DNA of 50,731 nt from a phage: the sequence record PZ445412.1, one strand, 5' to 3'. Positions 1 through 9,774 of this stretch are shown here, piece by piece. Under the pieces are notes generated by a model, which did no database searches, was not told the origin of the DNA, and saw only the letters and a program-made list of their open reading frames with translations. Each line of letters begins with the position of its first letter. Within the stretch, counting starts at the first letter, position 1. The position numbers were made by a program, and so were the translations under genes.

Positions 1-1572
1 ATGTTGATTTGGGAAGATTTAACAAAACTTGAAAAGCTGGCTATTAAGGAATTAAGCACACACGATTTTGATACTTTCGTTAAAATCTGGTTCCCGATCC
101 AGCAGGGCGAAAAATGGATTCCTAACTGGCATCACCTTTATATTGCAAGGGCAATTGATGAAATTATTGAAGGTGTGCGCAAAGATACCATTTTTAACGT
201 AACGCCAGGTTCAGGCAAAACCGAATTGCTTTCGATCCACTTTCCGCCTTATTCATATTTGAAATTGAACAAGGTGCGAAATCTTAATATTTCGTTTGCT
301 GATACGCTGGTTAAACGTAACAGCAAGCGTGTGCGCGATCTGGTTAACTCGCGAGAATGGCAAGAGCTTTACCCCGCAAAAACTGGTACAAGCAAGGATG
401 ATGAATTTCAGATCCTTAATGACGCTGGCAAAGTTCGCCTGGAAATGATTAGTAAATCAATGGGCGGTCAGATTACTGGTAGCCGTGGCGGTTACATCAC
501 GCCTGGCGTTTATTCCGGTTGCGTAACGCTTGACGATCCAGAAAAGCCAGATGATATGTTTTCGAAGGTGAAGCGTGAGCGCGGTCAAATGATCGCAAAG
601 AACACCATTCGATCGCGTCGCGCACATTCAGAAACGCCGATTATCGTTATTCAGCAGCGTCTACACGCGCAGGATATGACATGGTTTCTGATGAATGGCG
701 GAATGGGTATTGAATTTGATCAGATATCAATTCCGGCGATGGTTACAGAGGAATACGGGAAATCGCTTCCTGATTGGTTGCAACCGCACTTTGAAAAGGA
801 TGTGCTTTCGTCTGAATACATCGTTATTGACGGCGTGAAGTATTATTCTTTTTGGCCTAGCAAGGAAAGCATTCATGACCTGAAAGCGCTACGCGATGCT
901 GATTTGTACACGTTCCTTTCTCAGTATCAGCAAGAGCCAATTGCTCTTGGCGGTAACGCAATTAACGTTGGATGGTTCCAGTATTACGGAACTGGAGAAA
1001 AATCAACGATGCCAAAACCGGATCGCTTTGATTATACGTTTATTACAGCAGATACCGCTCAGAAAGAAGGTGAGCTAAACGACTACAGCGTTTTATGTTA
1101 TTGGGGCATGTTCAAAGGCCGTATATATTTTATTGACGGTGTGCGCGGAAAATGGGAAGCGCCAATGTTAGAAACGCAGTTTAAAGCGTTTGTTAAACAG
1201 TGCTGGAACCGTAACAAAGAATGCGGAAACTTGCGTAAAATTTACGTGGAAGATAAAGCGAGCGGTACAGGTTTGATCCAGAATTGCCGCAAAGCATTTC
1301 CGATAGAAATTACGCCAGTGCAACGCGATAAAGACAAAGTAACGCGCTGCATGGACGCACAGCCAGTGATCAAGAATGGTTATGTTGTATTGCCTGAATC
1401 GCATCACATGCTTGCTGAATTTCTGGCAGAGGCTGCGGCATTCACTTATGATGATAGCCATCCTCATGATGATATTATGGATAACCTTTTTGATGCTGTT
1501 AATATTGAGCTTAACCTTGCTGATAATGCGGTTGATAGAATGAAGCGTTTAGCTGGATTAGCGAAGCGTTAA
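1..1572 (+). CDS. terL: terminase large subunit
   Basis: 523-aa ORF starting at base 1, RBS AGGTGA at window end; Walker-A-like TPGSGKTE; followed by portal; directly downstream of terS across the window junction. Confidence 0.8.
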   Translation: MLIWEDLTKLEKLAIKELSTHDFDTFVKIWFPIQQGEKWIPNWHHLYIARAIDEIIEGVRKDTIFNVTPGSGKTELLSIHFPPYSYLKLNKVRNLNISFADTLVKRNSKRVRDLVNSREWQELYPAKTGTSKDDEFQILNDAGKVRLEMISKSMGGQITGSRGGYITPGVYSGCVTLDDPEKPDDMFSKVKRERGQMIAKNTIRSRRAHSETPIIVIQQRLHAQDMTWFLMNGGMGIEFDQISIPAMVTEEYGKSLPDWLQPHFEKDVLSSEYIVIDGVKYYSFWPSKESIHDLKALRDADLYTFLSQYQQEPIALGGNAINVGWFQYYGTGEKSTMPKPDRFDYTFITADTAQKEGELNDYSVLCYWGMFKGRIYFIDGVRGKWEAPMLETQFKAFVKQCWNRNKECGNLRKIYVEDKASGTGLIQNCRKAFPIEITPVQRDKDKVTRCMDAQPVIKNGYVVLPESHHMLAEFLAEAAAFTYDDSHPHDDIMDNLFDAVNIELNLADNAVDRMKRLAGLAKR

Positions 1573-1585
1573 TGTGTAAAATCAA

Positions 1586-1612
1586 AGGCTGGAATATTCC
1601 GGCCTTTTTTAT
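1586..1612 (+). terminator. hairpin plus T-tract between terL and portal (attenuator/terminator)
   Basis: GGCTGG-AATATT-CCGGCC stem followed by TTTTTTATT. Confidence 0.4.
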
Positions 1613-1625
1613 TATGGGGGTATTT

Positions 1626-2921
1626 ATGAGCGACAAGGTAAAGGCCATTACTAAAGAAGATGGTTACAACGAAATTTTCGGATCTAAAGATGGAACGTTT
1701 AGGCCAAATGCTTTTTACATGCAAAGTGCGGCATTTAAAACGTTATCGCAATTTTATGAAGAAGATGGAATGGCGCGGCGCATTGTCGATGTTATTCCCG
1801 AAGAAATGGTAACACCTGGTTTTAAAGTTGACGGCGTGAAAAATGAAAAGGCTTTTAAATCGCGTTGGGATGAATTGCGATTAAACGCTAAAATTATTGA
1901 TGCACTTTCATGGTCGCGGTTATTTGGCGGTTCTGCAATTCTTGCTGTTGTTGCTGATAACAGAATGCTGAAATCACCTGTAAAGCCTGGCGCACAACTT
2001 GAAGATATTCGCGTATATGATCGCTATCAGATCACCATTCAGGAGCGTGAAACTAATGCGCGGAGTGTTCGTTACGGTGAGCCAAAACTTTATAAGATCT
2101 CACCTGGCGGAGATATACCGGAATTCTTTGTTCATTACTCGCGTATTTGCATCATTGATGGTGAGCGCGTATCGAATGAAAAACGCCGTCAAAATGATGG
2201 TTGGGGCGCAAGCATTTTAAACAAGCGTTTGATTGAGGCGATTGTTGATTATAACTATTGCCAGGAATTAGCAACGCAATTGCTACGCCGAAAACAACAA
2301 GCAGTATGGAAAGCGCGTGATCTGGCTTTGATGTGCGACGATGAAGAAGGTCGCTATGCGGCGCGTTTGCGTTTGGCTCAGGTTGATGACGAAAGCGGAG
2401 TTGGTAAGGCAATTGGTATTGATGCCACAGATGAAGAATATGAGGTTCTCAATTCTGACGTTTCCGGCGTTCCAGAGTTCTTACAGGAAAAGATTGATCG
2501 AATTGTTGCCCTAACTGGCATTCATGAAATCATCCTCAAAAATAAGAACACTGGCGGCGTTTCAGCGAGTCAAAACACGGCGCTAGAGACTTTCTATAAG
2601 TTGATTGATCGCAAGCGCGGAGAGGATTACAAGCCGATTCTTGAATTCCTTTTGCCTTTCATGATCGCAGAAACGGAATGGTCTATTGAATTCGAACCGT
2701 TAAGCGTTCCGAGCGATAAGGACAAAGCTGAAATTATGGCTAAGAACGTTGAATCTGTTGTAAAATTGAAAGCTGAACAGGCGATTGATCTCAAAGAAAC
2801 AAGAGACACTTTGCGATCCATTTGTCCAGATCTTAAAATCAGTGACAATGACAACATTGAATTGCCAGAGCCGGAAGATTTAGATCCAGAGCCAGGGCAA
2901 GAGGGAGGATTGAATAAATGA
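1626..2921 (+). CDS. portal protein
   Basis: Large ORF immediately after terL; likely start MSDKVKAI at 1626 after GGGGG RBS (six-frame ORF starts 1572); acidic C-terminus; position typical of portal. Confidence 0.7.
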   Translation: MSDKVKAITKEDGYNEIFGSKDGTFRPNAFYMQSAAFKTLSQFYEEDGMARRIVDVIPEEMVTPGFKVDGVKNEKAFKSRWDELRLNAKIIDALSWSRLFGGSAILAVVADNRMLKSPVKPGAQLEDIRVYDRYQITIQERETNARSVRYGEPKLYKISPGGDIPEFFVHYSRICIIDGERVSNEKRRQNDGWGASILNKRLIEAIVDYNYCQELATQLLRRKQQAVWKARDLALMCDDEEGRYAARLRLAQVDDESGVGKAIGIDATDEEYEVLNSDVSGVPEFLQEKIDRIVALTGIHEIILKNKNTGGVSASQNTALETFYKLIDRKRGEDYKPILEFLLPFMIAETEWSIEFEPLSVPSDKDKAEIMAKNVESVVKLKAEQAIDLKETRDTLRSICPDLKISDNDNIELPEPEDLDPEPGQEGGLNK

Positions 2922-3589
2922 TGTTTCCCGATATGACAGAGAGCGACGTTGAAAAGGCGCTTAATGATCTTGCGGTTGATATCACTGAAAACAATGCTGA
3001 TGTAGAGGCGGCAATTGCCGCCTTTATGTTGCTGGTTTACGGGTTCGCCGTTAGTGCATACAAATACCACACTCGCCAATTTATCAGAATGGCAAAGCAA
3101 ACAGGAGGCGCAAATAATCGATCCGTTATCCTTCTGATTGGTGGCGTTTACGGAAATATGAATGAACGCTGGTTCAATTCAAAATACATAACCTGGCGAT
3201 CACTTATTGAGGCATCCGTAAGGAAATTTGCGTATAATGTGCTTGATGATTGGGAAGTACAACAGCGTTTAAATGAGTTACGCGAGCAAGCAGAAACAAG
3301 AGCACAGATCCGAAAGCGCCTAAGAAAATATAAGGCGTGGGCTAAAAATAGGGCGTCTGGTTTTGTTGGTTCATGGTATTCCGTGTTAATGTTTCAACGC
3401 GTAGTTGATGCCGGAGTTACCCATTATATTTGGCGCACTCAGGAAGATAACAGGGTTAGACCTGAACACGCGAAATTGGACATGAAGCGGATCTCATTAG
3501 CTATAAAGCACATATTCCCAGGGCAGGAATATAATTGTCGCTGTTGGGCGCAACCGGATTGGAAAACAGAGCAAGAGGTATATTTATGA
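2918..3589 (+). CDS. head morphogenesis / minor capsid protein (SPP1 gp7 / Mu F-like)
   Basis: 223-aa ORF overlapping portal stop (ATGA); position and size typical of F-like head morphogenesis protein. Confidence 0.5.
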   Translation: MMFPDMTESDVEKALNDLAVDITENNADVEAAIAAFMLLVYGFAVSAYKYHTRQFIRMAKQTGGANNRSVILLIGGVYGNMNERWFNSKYITWRSLIEASVRKFAYNVLDDWEVQQRLNELREQAETRAQIRKRLRKYKAWAKNRASGFVGSWYSVLMFQRVVDAGVTHYIWRTQEDNRVRPEHAKLDMKRISLAIKHIFPGQEYNCRCWAQPDWKTEQEVYL

Positions 3590-4695
3590 AGAAGGTGCAA
3601 CGTTTTGATAGTGTCAGAGTAAAGGCTCATTTTGATGAACATGGGTTCTTAGTGGATCGGCCTATTGTGGCGCGAATTGGTTTGCAGATTTATCAAACGC
3701 CATACGGCGAGCGCCGAGAATTCAGGCCAGCAAGTGAAGTATTTAAAGCTGATAGCCTGGCGACTTACGCAGGGAAACCAATCACAGTAGGTCACGTCAC
3801 TGTAACTCCTGAAAACGCCGAGAAGGTTGTTGTTGGATCGTGTTCCGGCGCTGGCATTCCAAATGGTGTGGGCGTTGAAGCGCCGTTAAACATTTACGCA
3901 AAACGAGCAATCGAAAGCGCAAAGAAAAAACAAACGGCTGAAATTAGCGTTGGTTATACGTCGATTGATATTGATAAGCCTGGTTATGGATCTAATGAAA
4001 CTGGTGAATACATCTTTGAAGAAGATCTAAAAGAAGATGAACAGCCACCGGAAGGATGGGTAAAATTTGATGCGCTGCAAACAAGCATTAGCGTTAACCA
4101 TATTGCGTTAGTGTTTAAGGGTCGCGCTGGCATTGCAAAATTGAATCTTGATAGCGAGCAAGAATTCCCGTATGATATCGACGTTAAATTAAATAAAGAG
4201 GACGAAGTTATGACCGTTAAAATTAAACTTGATGGTGCTGTTGAATTTGACGTACCAAAAGAAGTTGCTACTTTTATCGAAACCGTGAAAGCAGACGCTA
4301 CAGCGGCAAAAACTAAAGCCGATAGCCTGGAAGCAGAGCGCGATGCGCTACAGGCGAAAGTTGACGGCATTCCGGCGCAGATTGAAGAAGCCGTGAAAAA
4401 GGCAAAAGCTGACGCTGATGAACATGCTGCACTGGTCGCTACCGCTTCCGAAGTTGGCGTAAAATGCGACGGCTTAACAGCAAAAGAAATTAAAATCGCA
4501 TATGTGAAAGAGGTCATGGGTAATGACATTAGCGCAAAGGCTGATGCATATATTGATACCGCTTTTGATATCGCGAAAGAATCTGATAAAATGGCGGCTC
4601 AACGTATCGCATTAAAAGGCGATGCAGCAAAAAACAAACAGGATGCAGCGGAAACCGTTCTTGATCCTTCCGCGCGTCTGAATAAAGCTAAGTAA
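3586..4695 (+). CDS. prohead protease / scaffolding protein (fusion-like)
   Basis: Start MKKVQRF at 3586 overlapping upstream stop; Ala/Lys/Glu-rich coiled-coil C-terminal half typical of scaffold; lies between portal and capsid genes. Confidence 0.45.
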   Translation: MKKVQRFDSVRVKAHFDEHGFLVDRPIVARIGLQIYQTPYGERREFRPASEVFKADSLATYAGKPITVGHVTVTPENAEKVVVGSCSGAGIPNGVGVEAPLNIYAKRAIESAKKKQTAEISVGYTSIDIDKPGYGSNETGEYIFEEDLKEDEQPPEGWVKFDALQTSISVNHIALVFKGRAGIAKLNLDSEQEFPYDIDVKLNKEDEVMTVKIKLDGAVEFDVPKEVATFIETVKADATAAKTKADSLEAERDALQAKVDGIPAQIEEAVKKAKADADEHAALVATASEVGVKCDGLTAKEIKIAYVKEVMGNDISAKADAYIDTAFDIAKESDKMAAQRIALKGDAAKNKQDAAETVLDPSARLNKAK

Positions 4696-4707
4696 GGAGA
4701 AAATATT

Positions 4708-5187
4708 ATGGCTCAGATTTCAGCAAGTTATCATGTTGCAATGGCTCGTGCCTTGCCTGGTCAAGTTTCTGACACTTCCGCGTATAACATCGACGGCGCT
4801 TGTGTTCTTGATGGTGATACCGGAACAACAATTTATGTTGGCGTTGGTGTTCAACATGGCGGAATTAGCGCAAGCGGTGAGAAATTAATTAAGGCTATGG
4901 CGGCGTCTGGTAATGCTTATGGTGTTGCTATTCGATCCAACTTCCAGACCACATCTAAAGATGGTCGCATGGTTTATGAGGCTGGTAGCGGAATTAACGT
5001 AATGACTAAAGGGCGCGTTTGGATGCTATCTGTAGAATCAGAAGCGCCAGCATTCAAAACACCTATCAGACTTGACAATTCAGGACAGGTTGATTTAATG
5101 TCTGGATTAATTGAAACTACTTGGATCGCAACTGGAGACTTTACGGAATTCCAAGGTCTAAAACTCGTTGAGGTTCAACTGGTATAA
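4708..5187 (+). CDS. head-module protein, paralog 1 (possible decoration/structural protein)
   Basis: RBS AGGAGA; shares motifs YNIDG and G(R)xW(V/M) with the next ORF; followed by hairpin terminator. Confidence 0.4.
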   Translation: MAQISASYHVAMARALPGQVSDTSAYNIDGACVLDGDTGTTIYVGVGVQHGGISASGEKLIKAMAASGNAYGVAIRSNFQTTSKDGRMVYEAGSGINVMTKGRVWMLSVESEAPAFKTPIRLDNSGQVDLMSGLIETTWIATGDFTEFQGLKLVEVQLV

Positions 5188-5191
5188 TAAT

Positions 5192-5217
5192 AAGGCCGGA
5201 TTATTCCGGCCTTTTAT
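5192..5217 (+). terminator. rho-independent terminator-like hairpin
   Basis: GGCCGGA-ttatt-CCGGCC followed by TTTTAT; same stem family as 1586-1612. Confidence 0.5.
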
Positions 5218-5230
5218 ATATGGTGGTTTT

Positions 5231-5671
5231 ATGTCTGATTACGGTTCTATAATAGGTATAGTTGAAAATGGGTGCTTGGTAGATTCAAGCCTTTATAATA
5301 TAGATGGCTCGCCAGTTATGGATGTTTCAGCCGTGATAGGTAAGGCCGTATGTGTTGATCGCATATCTTGCGGTTACAAAATAATCAGCCACAATTTTAA
5401 TGAAAACTCAAAGCATTACGGAATCGTTACGCGTGATTATATGGATTTTTGCAAAGAATATTACGACGCCGGAGATCCGGTTAACGTAATAACTCATGGT
5501 CGAATTTGGGTAATCACTCAGGACGAACAGGATATTCCATCGTATAAAGATCCTGTTTTTGTTAAAGACAATGGCTCTATATCAACAAGTGGATTTCCTA
5601 CCAGTTGGTTTTTTACTGGCGAATACGTAAGATATTCACACGGATATATTTTACTATCAGTTCAGTTGTAG
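5231..5671 (+). CDS. head-module protein, paralog 2
   Basis: Start MSDYGS at 5231 after terminator hairpin; paralogous to 4708-5187 (LYNIDGSPV, HGRIWVITQ). Confidence 0.4.
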   Translation: MSDYGSIIGIVENGCLVDSSLYNIDGSPVMDVSAVIGKAVCVDRISCGYKIISHNFNENSKHYGIVTRDYMDFCKEYYDAGDPVNVITHGRIWVITQDEQDIPSYKDPVFVKDNGSISTSGFPTSWFFTGEYVRYSHGYILLSVQL

Positions 5672-5760
5672 CGTGCTAACACAAAAAACACTTGAACGTT
5701 TAACAAAAAATGCTATATTAAAGCCGTTATTATGACGGCTTTTCTATGAGGGAAAATATT

Positions 5761-6735
5761 ATGTCTAAAGAAATGAAATATGATGAATTTGAAGCAAACG
5801 TGATCGCCAACCACATGCAGTTACGCGGCGCTAAAAACGACGCATCTGATATGGGTATTTGGACGGCTCAAGAGCTTCATAAAATTAAGGCTCAAGCCTA
5901 TGAAAAAGAATATCCGGCAGGTTCCGCACTGCGTGTATTCCCTGTAACGTCCGAGCTTTCTGATACGGATAAAACCTTTGAATATCAGACTTTCGACAAA
6001 GTAGGACACGCAAAAATCATCGCTGATTACACTGATGATCTGCCAACTGTTGACGCGCTGATGACTTCTGAATTCGGTAAAGTGTTCCGCCTTGGTAATG
6101 CGTTCCTGATTTCCATTGACGAAATCAAAGCAGGTCAACGCACTGGCAAGAGCCTTTCCACTCGCAAGGCCAACGCAGCACAGAATGCGCATGATCAGCT
6201 TGTAAATCACCTGGTTTTCAAAGGTTCTAAACCGCATAAAATTATCAGCGTGTTTGATCATCCAAACCTGACAACTATCAACTCCGCAGGTTGGAACAAC
6301 GCCGCAGGTACTGGTAAAAAGCCGGAAACCGCACAGGATGAATTAGAGCAAGCGATTGAAAAAATCGAAACGCTGACAAACGGGCAGCACCGCGCTAATA
6401 TGATCCTGATTCCGCCGTCAATGCGTAAAGTTCTGATGGTTCGTATGCCGGAAACCACCATGAGCTATCTTGATTATTTCAAGCAGCAGAATGGCGGTAT
6501 CACTATTGAATCCATTTCCGAGCTTGAAGATATCGACGGCGCAGGGACTAAAGCGGCACTGGTTTACGAAAAAGATCCGATGAACATGAGCATTGAGATT
6601 CCAGAAGCGTTTAACATGCTGACCGCGCAACCTAAAGACCTGCATTTCAAAGTGCCTTGCACCTCTAAATGCACTGGTCTGACGATTTACCGTCCGTTGA
6701 CGCTTGTTCTGATTAAAGGTCTTGTAGTAGGCTGA
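5761..6735 (+). CDS. major capsid protein
   Basis: 325-aa ORF, RBS GAGGG 8 nt before ATG at 5761; strong terminator downstream; position after scaffold. Confidence 0.7.
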   Translation: MSKEMKYDEFEANVIANHMQLRGAKNDASDMGIWTAQELHKIKAQAYEKEYPAGSALRVFPVTSELSDTDKTFEYQTFDKVGHAKIIADYTDDLPTVDALMTSEFGKVFRLGNAFLISIDEIKAGQRTGKSLSTRKANAAQNAHDQLVNHLVFKGSKPHKIISVFDHPNLTTINSAGWNNAAGTGKKPETAQDELEQAIEKIETLTNGQHRANMILIPPSMRKVLMVRMPETTMSYLDYFKQQNGGITIESISELEDIDGAGTKAALVYEKDPMNMSIEIPEAFNMLTAQPKDLHFKVPCTSKCTGLTIYRPLTLVLIKGLVVG

Positions 6736-6751
6736 TAATTAAATTAATATA

Positions 6752-6780
6752 GGGAACCGTTAAAAGGTTCCCTTTTTTAT
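6752..6780 (+). terminator. rho-independent terminator after major capsid gene
   Basis: GGGAACC-gttaaaa-GGTTCCC followed by TTTTTTAT. Confidence 0.75.
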
Positions 6781-6796
6781 ATCTGGAGAAAAACAA

Positions 6797-7069
6797 ATGG
6801 CTAAAGAAAAAGAAGTTACACTGGTAAACACTGGCGTTGCACTGATTATTATTGATCGCGTTGACGTTATGCCAGGTAAAGAAATTACCGTTGCGGAAAG
6901 CGTGTTAGAGCGGCAGGGTACAAAATCACTGGTTGCACAAGGCAAGCTAACCGTAAAAGATAACAGCGAGCTAAACGATAAGATCATTGAAGCGTTCAAC
7001 GAAAAACGCAAGCCAAACCCAATCGAAGGCAAAAGCAAAGCACAGCTTGAGGAAGGCGGCGAGTATTAA
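6797..7069 (+). CDS. hypothetical head-associated protein
   Basis: 90-aa ORF with RBS GGAGAAA, flanked by terminators on both sides. Confidence 0.4.
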   Translation: MAKEKEVTLVNTGVALIIIDRVDVMPGKEITVAESVLERQGTKSLVAQGKLTVKDNSELNDKIIEAFNEKRKPNPIEGKSKAQLEEGGEY

Positions 7070-7075
7070 TTAGAA

Positions 7076-7103
7076 AGGGCGCTCATGTAGCGCCTTTTTT
7101 ATT
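7076..7103 (+). terminator. rho-independent terminator
   Basis: GGGCGCT-catgt-AGCGCC followed by TTTTTTATT. Confidence 0.7.
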
Positions 7104-7117
7104 ATGGAGAATACACC

Positions 7118-7522
7118 ATGAATGATATTGAGATCCTAGAGCAAATTTATAAAATCGCGCCAGCATTCAAGAAAGTTGATCCTGAATTGATTCAGGCATG
7201 GATTGAACTGGCTAAAGATTTCGTTTGCGAAAAGCATTTCAAAGACAAATATTTCCGCGCTGTTGCTCTTTACACTTTGCACCTAATGACTTTTGACGGA
7301 GCTATGAAACAGGAAAGTGAGAGCGTAGAAAGCTACTCTCATCGTATAGCGTCATTTTCCCTGACTGGTGAGTTTTCGCAAACGTTCAGCAAAGTTAGCG
7401 ACGACACAAGCGGTAACACGTTGCGCCAAACGCCGTGGGGTAAAATGTACGAAGTTCTCAACAAGAAAAAAGGCGGCGGATTTGGCCTTACAACTGCATT
7501 TCATCGGAGGTGCTCACGATGA
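7118..7522 (+). CDS. head-tail connector / head completion protein
   Basis: RBS GGAGAA; position between capsid and tail genes. Confidence 0.4.
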   Translation: MNDIEILEQIYKIAPAFKKVDPELIQAWIELAKDFVCEKHFKDKYFRAVALYTLHLMTFDGAMKQESESVESYSHRIASFSLTGEFSQTFSKVSDDTSGNTLRQTPWGKMYEVLNKKKGGGFGLTTAFHRRCSR

Positions 7523-7890
7523 ATTATGAACAAATCAGATCTATGGCATCGGCTGGAATTAATTTTTTTAGCGATGGAACGGGTGAATTTGATTGCATTA
7601 CTCAACCTGGAAGCGTTGAAATTGTTGGCGGTATTGAGGTTGAAAAACCTGAAATAAAGGTGAAGATTAAAGGTCTTGTGAGAGCACCACGGACGCGAGA
7701 AGTTGACGGAGAGACAATTAGAGTTACCGACAAGTTAGGCGTTTTTAATGCTGATATAGAGCTTAAAAACGGATATCAGATTGATATCGACGGCGAGCGT
7801 TATGTTATGGTTGAAACAAGACCAATCAGACCAACTAGCATTACCGTTGCTTACCGTCCAATAATGCGGAGGGTTGCGGTTCATGGCTGA
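7519..7890 (+). CDS. head-tail adaptor protein
   Basis: Start MNYEQ at 7519 overlapping upstream stop; position. Confidence 0.35.
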   Translation: MNYEQIRSMASAGINFFSDGTGEFDCITQPGSVEIVGGIEVEKPEIKVKIKGLVRAPRTREVDGETIRVTDKLGVFNADIELKNGYQIDIDGERYVMVETRPIRPTSITVAYRPIMRRVAVHG

Positions 7891-8323
7891 TTATTCGATC
7901 CGAGAATTTCATGGCAATGTTGACAAATGGATCGAGCAAGTAGAAAGCGGATTGAATGACGTGATTCAGATTTTTGGTGAAAAGGTTCACGGCGCATTAG
8001 TTGATATTGCGCCAGTGTACACAGGACGATTCAAAGCCAATATGCAGATCACAGCAAACAAGCCGCCTCTTTACGCGCTCAATCAATATGATCCTGATGG
8101 TGAGAAAACAAAGGCGGAAGGTCGCAGGACGCTTTATGCTTTATTGCATGGCGGCGGTGCTATCAAATCAATATACTTTTCCAATATGCTGATTTACGCT
8201 AATGCTCTTGAATATGGTCATTCAAAGCAAGCGCCAGCGGGGGTATTTGGTATCGTTGCGATCCGGTTGCGCTCTTACATGGCGGAAGCGATAAGGGAGG
8301 CGAGAAAGAAAAATGCACTATGA
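7883..8323 (+). CDS. tail completion / neck protein
   Basis: Start MADYSIREF at 7883; overlapping, translationally coupled late genes. Confidence 0.35.
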   Translation: MADYSIREFHGNVDKWIEQVESGLNDVIQIFGEKVHGALVDIAPVYTGRFKANMQITANKPPLYALNQYDPDGEKTKAEGRRTLYALLHGGGAIKSIYFSNMLIYANALEYGHSKQAPAGVFGIVAIRLRSYMAEAIREARKKNAL

Positions 8324-8705
8324 ATTATCTGTTGCGGCAAGAATGGCGCTGGCTCAAGAATACGAAAGCGAATATATGATCGCTTATGAAAACGTTGAAT
8401 TTACGCCACCAAAAGGCGGCGGCATTTGGCTGAAATATGACTACAAAGAAGCAGATACAATAATTCATGATCTGAAAAGGAAATGCATTAGCTATATTGG
8501 AATGGTTCAGATCGGAATTGAATTCCCGCCAGGCTCAGGAATTGATAAGGCTCGCAAGCTGGCAAAAAATATTGCTGATTTCTTTGAAGATGGTAAAATG
8601 CTTTCGAATGGCTATATTTCAGAAGGTGCAAAAGTGCATCAAGTTCAGAAATCAGAATCAGGCTGGTTTTATCCAGTACGTTTTTATGTTCGTTATGATG
8701 GTTAA
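8313..8705 (+). CDS. tail terminator-like protein
   Basis: 130-aa ORF immediately upstream of major tail protein. Confidence 0.35.
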   Translation: MHYELSVAARMALAQEYESEYMIAYENVEFTPPKGGGIWLKYDYKEADTIIHDLKRKCISYIGMVQIGIEFPPGSGIDKARKLAKNIADFFEDGKMLSNGYISEGAKVHQVQKSESGWFYPVRFYVRYDG

Positions 8706-8719
8706 TAAAGGGGGCTATT

Positions 8720-9382
8720 ATGCACTTACCTAACGGAGCACAGATTTTTATTGAGAATACTCGCGCACAGGCAGTAAGCGCAACCAACGTTAGCAACGCT
8801 GAAAAACCGGAGTTCACTGTTGCAAGTGGCGGCACTGACTTTAAAAAGGGTGATTACATTATCGTTACCGCCTCAAGCTGGGGTAAATTGCTTGATCGCG
8901 TTCTGCGTGTGACGGCTGGAGAAGAAACAAAGGTTACTGTTGAAGGTATCGACACGACTGATGAAAACGTTTTTCCGTCTGGTAACGTTACCGCAAGTTT
9001 TGCCAAAATCAACGGATGGTCTGAAATTCCATGCGTACAGGATTTGGGTCAAGACGGCGGCGAGCAACAGTATTACAATTACCAGTGTTTGAGCGATGAC
9101 CAGGAGCAGCAGTTACCAACCTATAAAAGCGCGGTATCACTGACTTACACATTTGCGCATGAGTACGATAACCCTATTTATCCGCTCTTGCGTAAGGCTG
9201 ACGAATCCGGCGACGTTAAAGCATTGCGCATGTATGTACCAAAAGCGAAAGAAATGCGCCTTTGGGCTGGTGTGCTTTCTTTCAACGAGATCCCGCAAAC
9301 GGCGGTAAACGAAATGGAAACCGTTTCTTTGTCGGTATCCCTGAAAGGTCGCTTTACTTTCTTGCCGTCTACTCAGGCTTAA
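8720..9382 (+). CDS. major tail protein
   Basis: 220-aa ORF with RBS AAGGGGG; followed by terminator and then chaperone G/GT and tape measure (canonical siphovirus order). Confidence 0.6.
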   Translation: MHLPNGAQIFIENTRAQAVSATNVSNAEKPEFTVASGGTDFKKGDYIIVTASSWGKLLDRVLRVTAGEETKVTVEGIDTTDENVFPSGNVTASFAKINGWSEIPCVQDLGQDGGEQQYYNYQCLSDDQEQQLPTYKSAVSLTYTFAHEYDNPIYPLLRKADESGDVKALRMYVPKAKEMRLWAGVLSFNEIPQTAVNEMETVSLSVSLKGRFTFLPSTQA

Positions 9383-9387
9383 TTTAA

Positions 9388-9415
9388 AGGGGCGCATTGC
9401 GTCCCTTTTTTATTT
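9388..9415 (+). terminator. rho-independent terminator after major tail gene
   Basis: GGGGCGC-att-GCGTCCC followed by TTTTTTATTT. Confidence 0.6.
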
Positions 9416-9453
9416 GATGTAATATCACCTCAATATTTAACCACTCAGGAGAA

Positions 9454-9774
9454 ATGATAATGGCTAAAATGAAATTGACTCTTGCCCCGCTTCCAGATTT
9501 CAAACTTCCAGTTAAATTTGTATTGCCGGATGGTAACGAGCAGAAAATTGTGTTTACCGTTAAGCATAAAAAGGCCAGCGAGATTCAAGAGCTTTACCAG
9601 AAAGAAGGTATTAAAGATCCTGAATTCATCATGAATGTTGCCGTTGGTTGGGATCTGGAAGAAGAGTTCAACGAAGAAAACGCTCAACTGTTAGTTGATT
9701 ATTATCCTGGCGCGGCGCTGGCTCTTATGGGATCTTATTTAAGTGCGCTGGCAGGGCAACGCGTAAAAAACTAA
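9454..9774 (+). CDS. tail assembly chaperone (lambda G-like)
   Basis: 106-aa ORF before tape measure; ends with slippery A_AAA_AAC directly before stop. Confidence 0.6.
   Translation: MIMAKMKLTLAPLPDFKLPVKFVLPDGNEQKIVFTVKHKKASEIQELYQKEGIKDPEFIMNVAVGWDLEEEFNEENAQLLVDYYPGAALALMGSYLSALAGQRVKN

Noticed and set aside
2627-3100. 157-aa minus-strand ORF spanning the portal / head-morphogenesis junction
   Set aside because: Antisense to two coupled late genes in a uniformly plus-strand module; no start context.
3984-4529. 181-aa minus-strand ORF rich in Ser/Ala/Thr inside the scaffold/protease gene
   Set aside because: Antisense to a well-supported structural gene, low-complexity composition, no RBS or operon context; typical spurious antisense frame.
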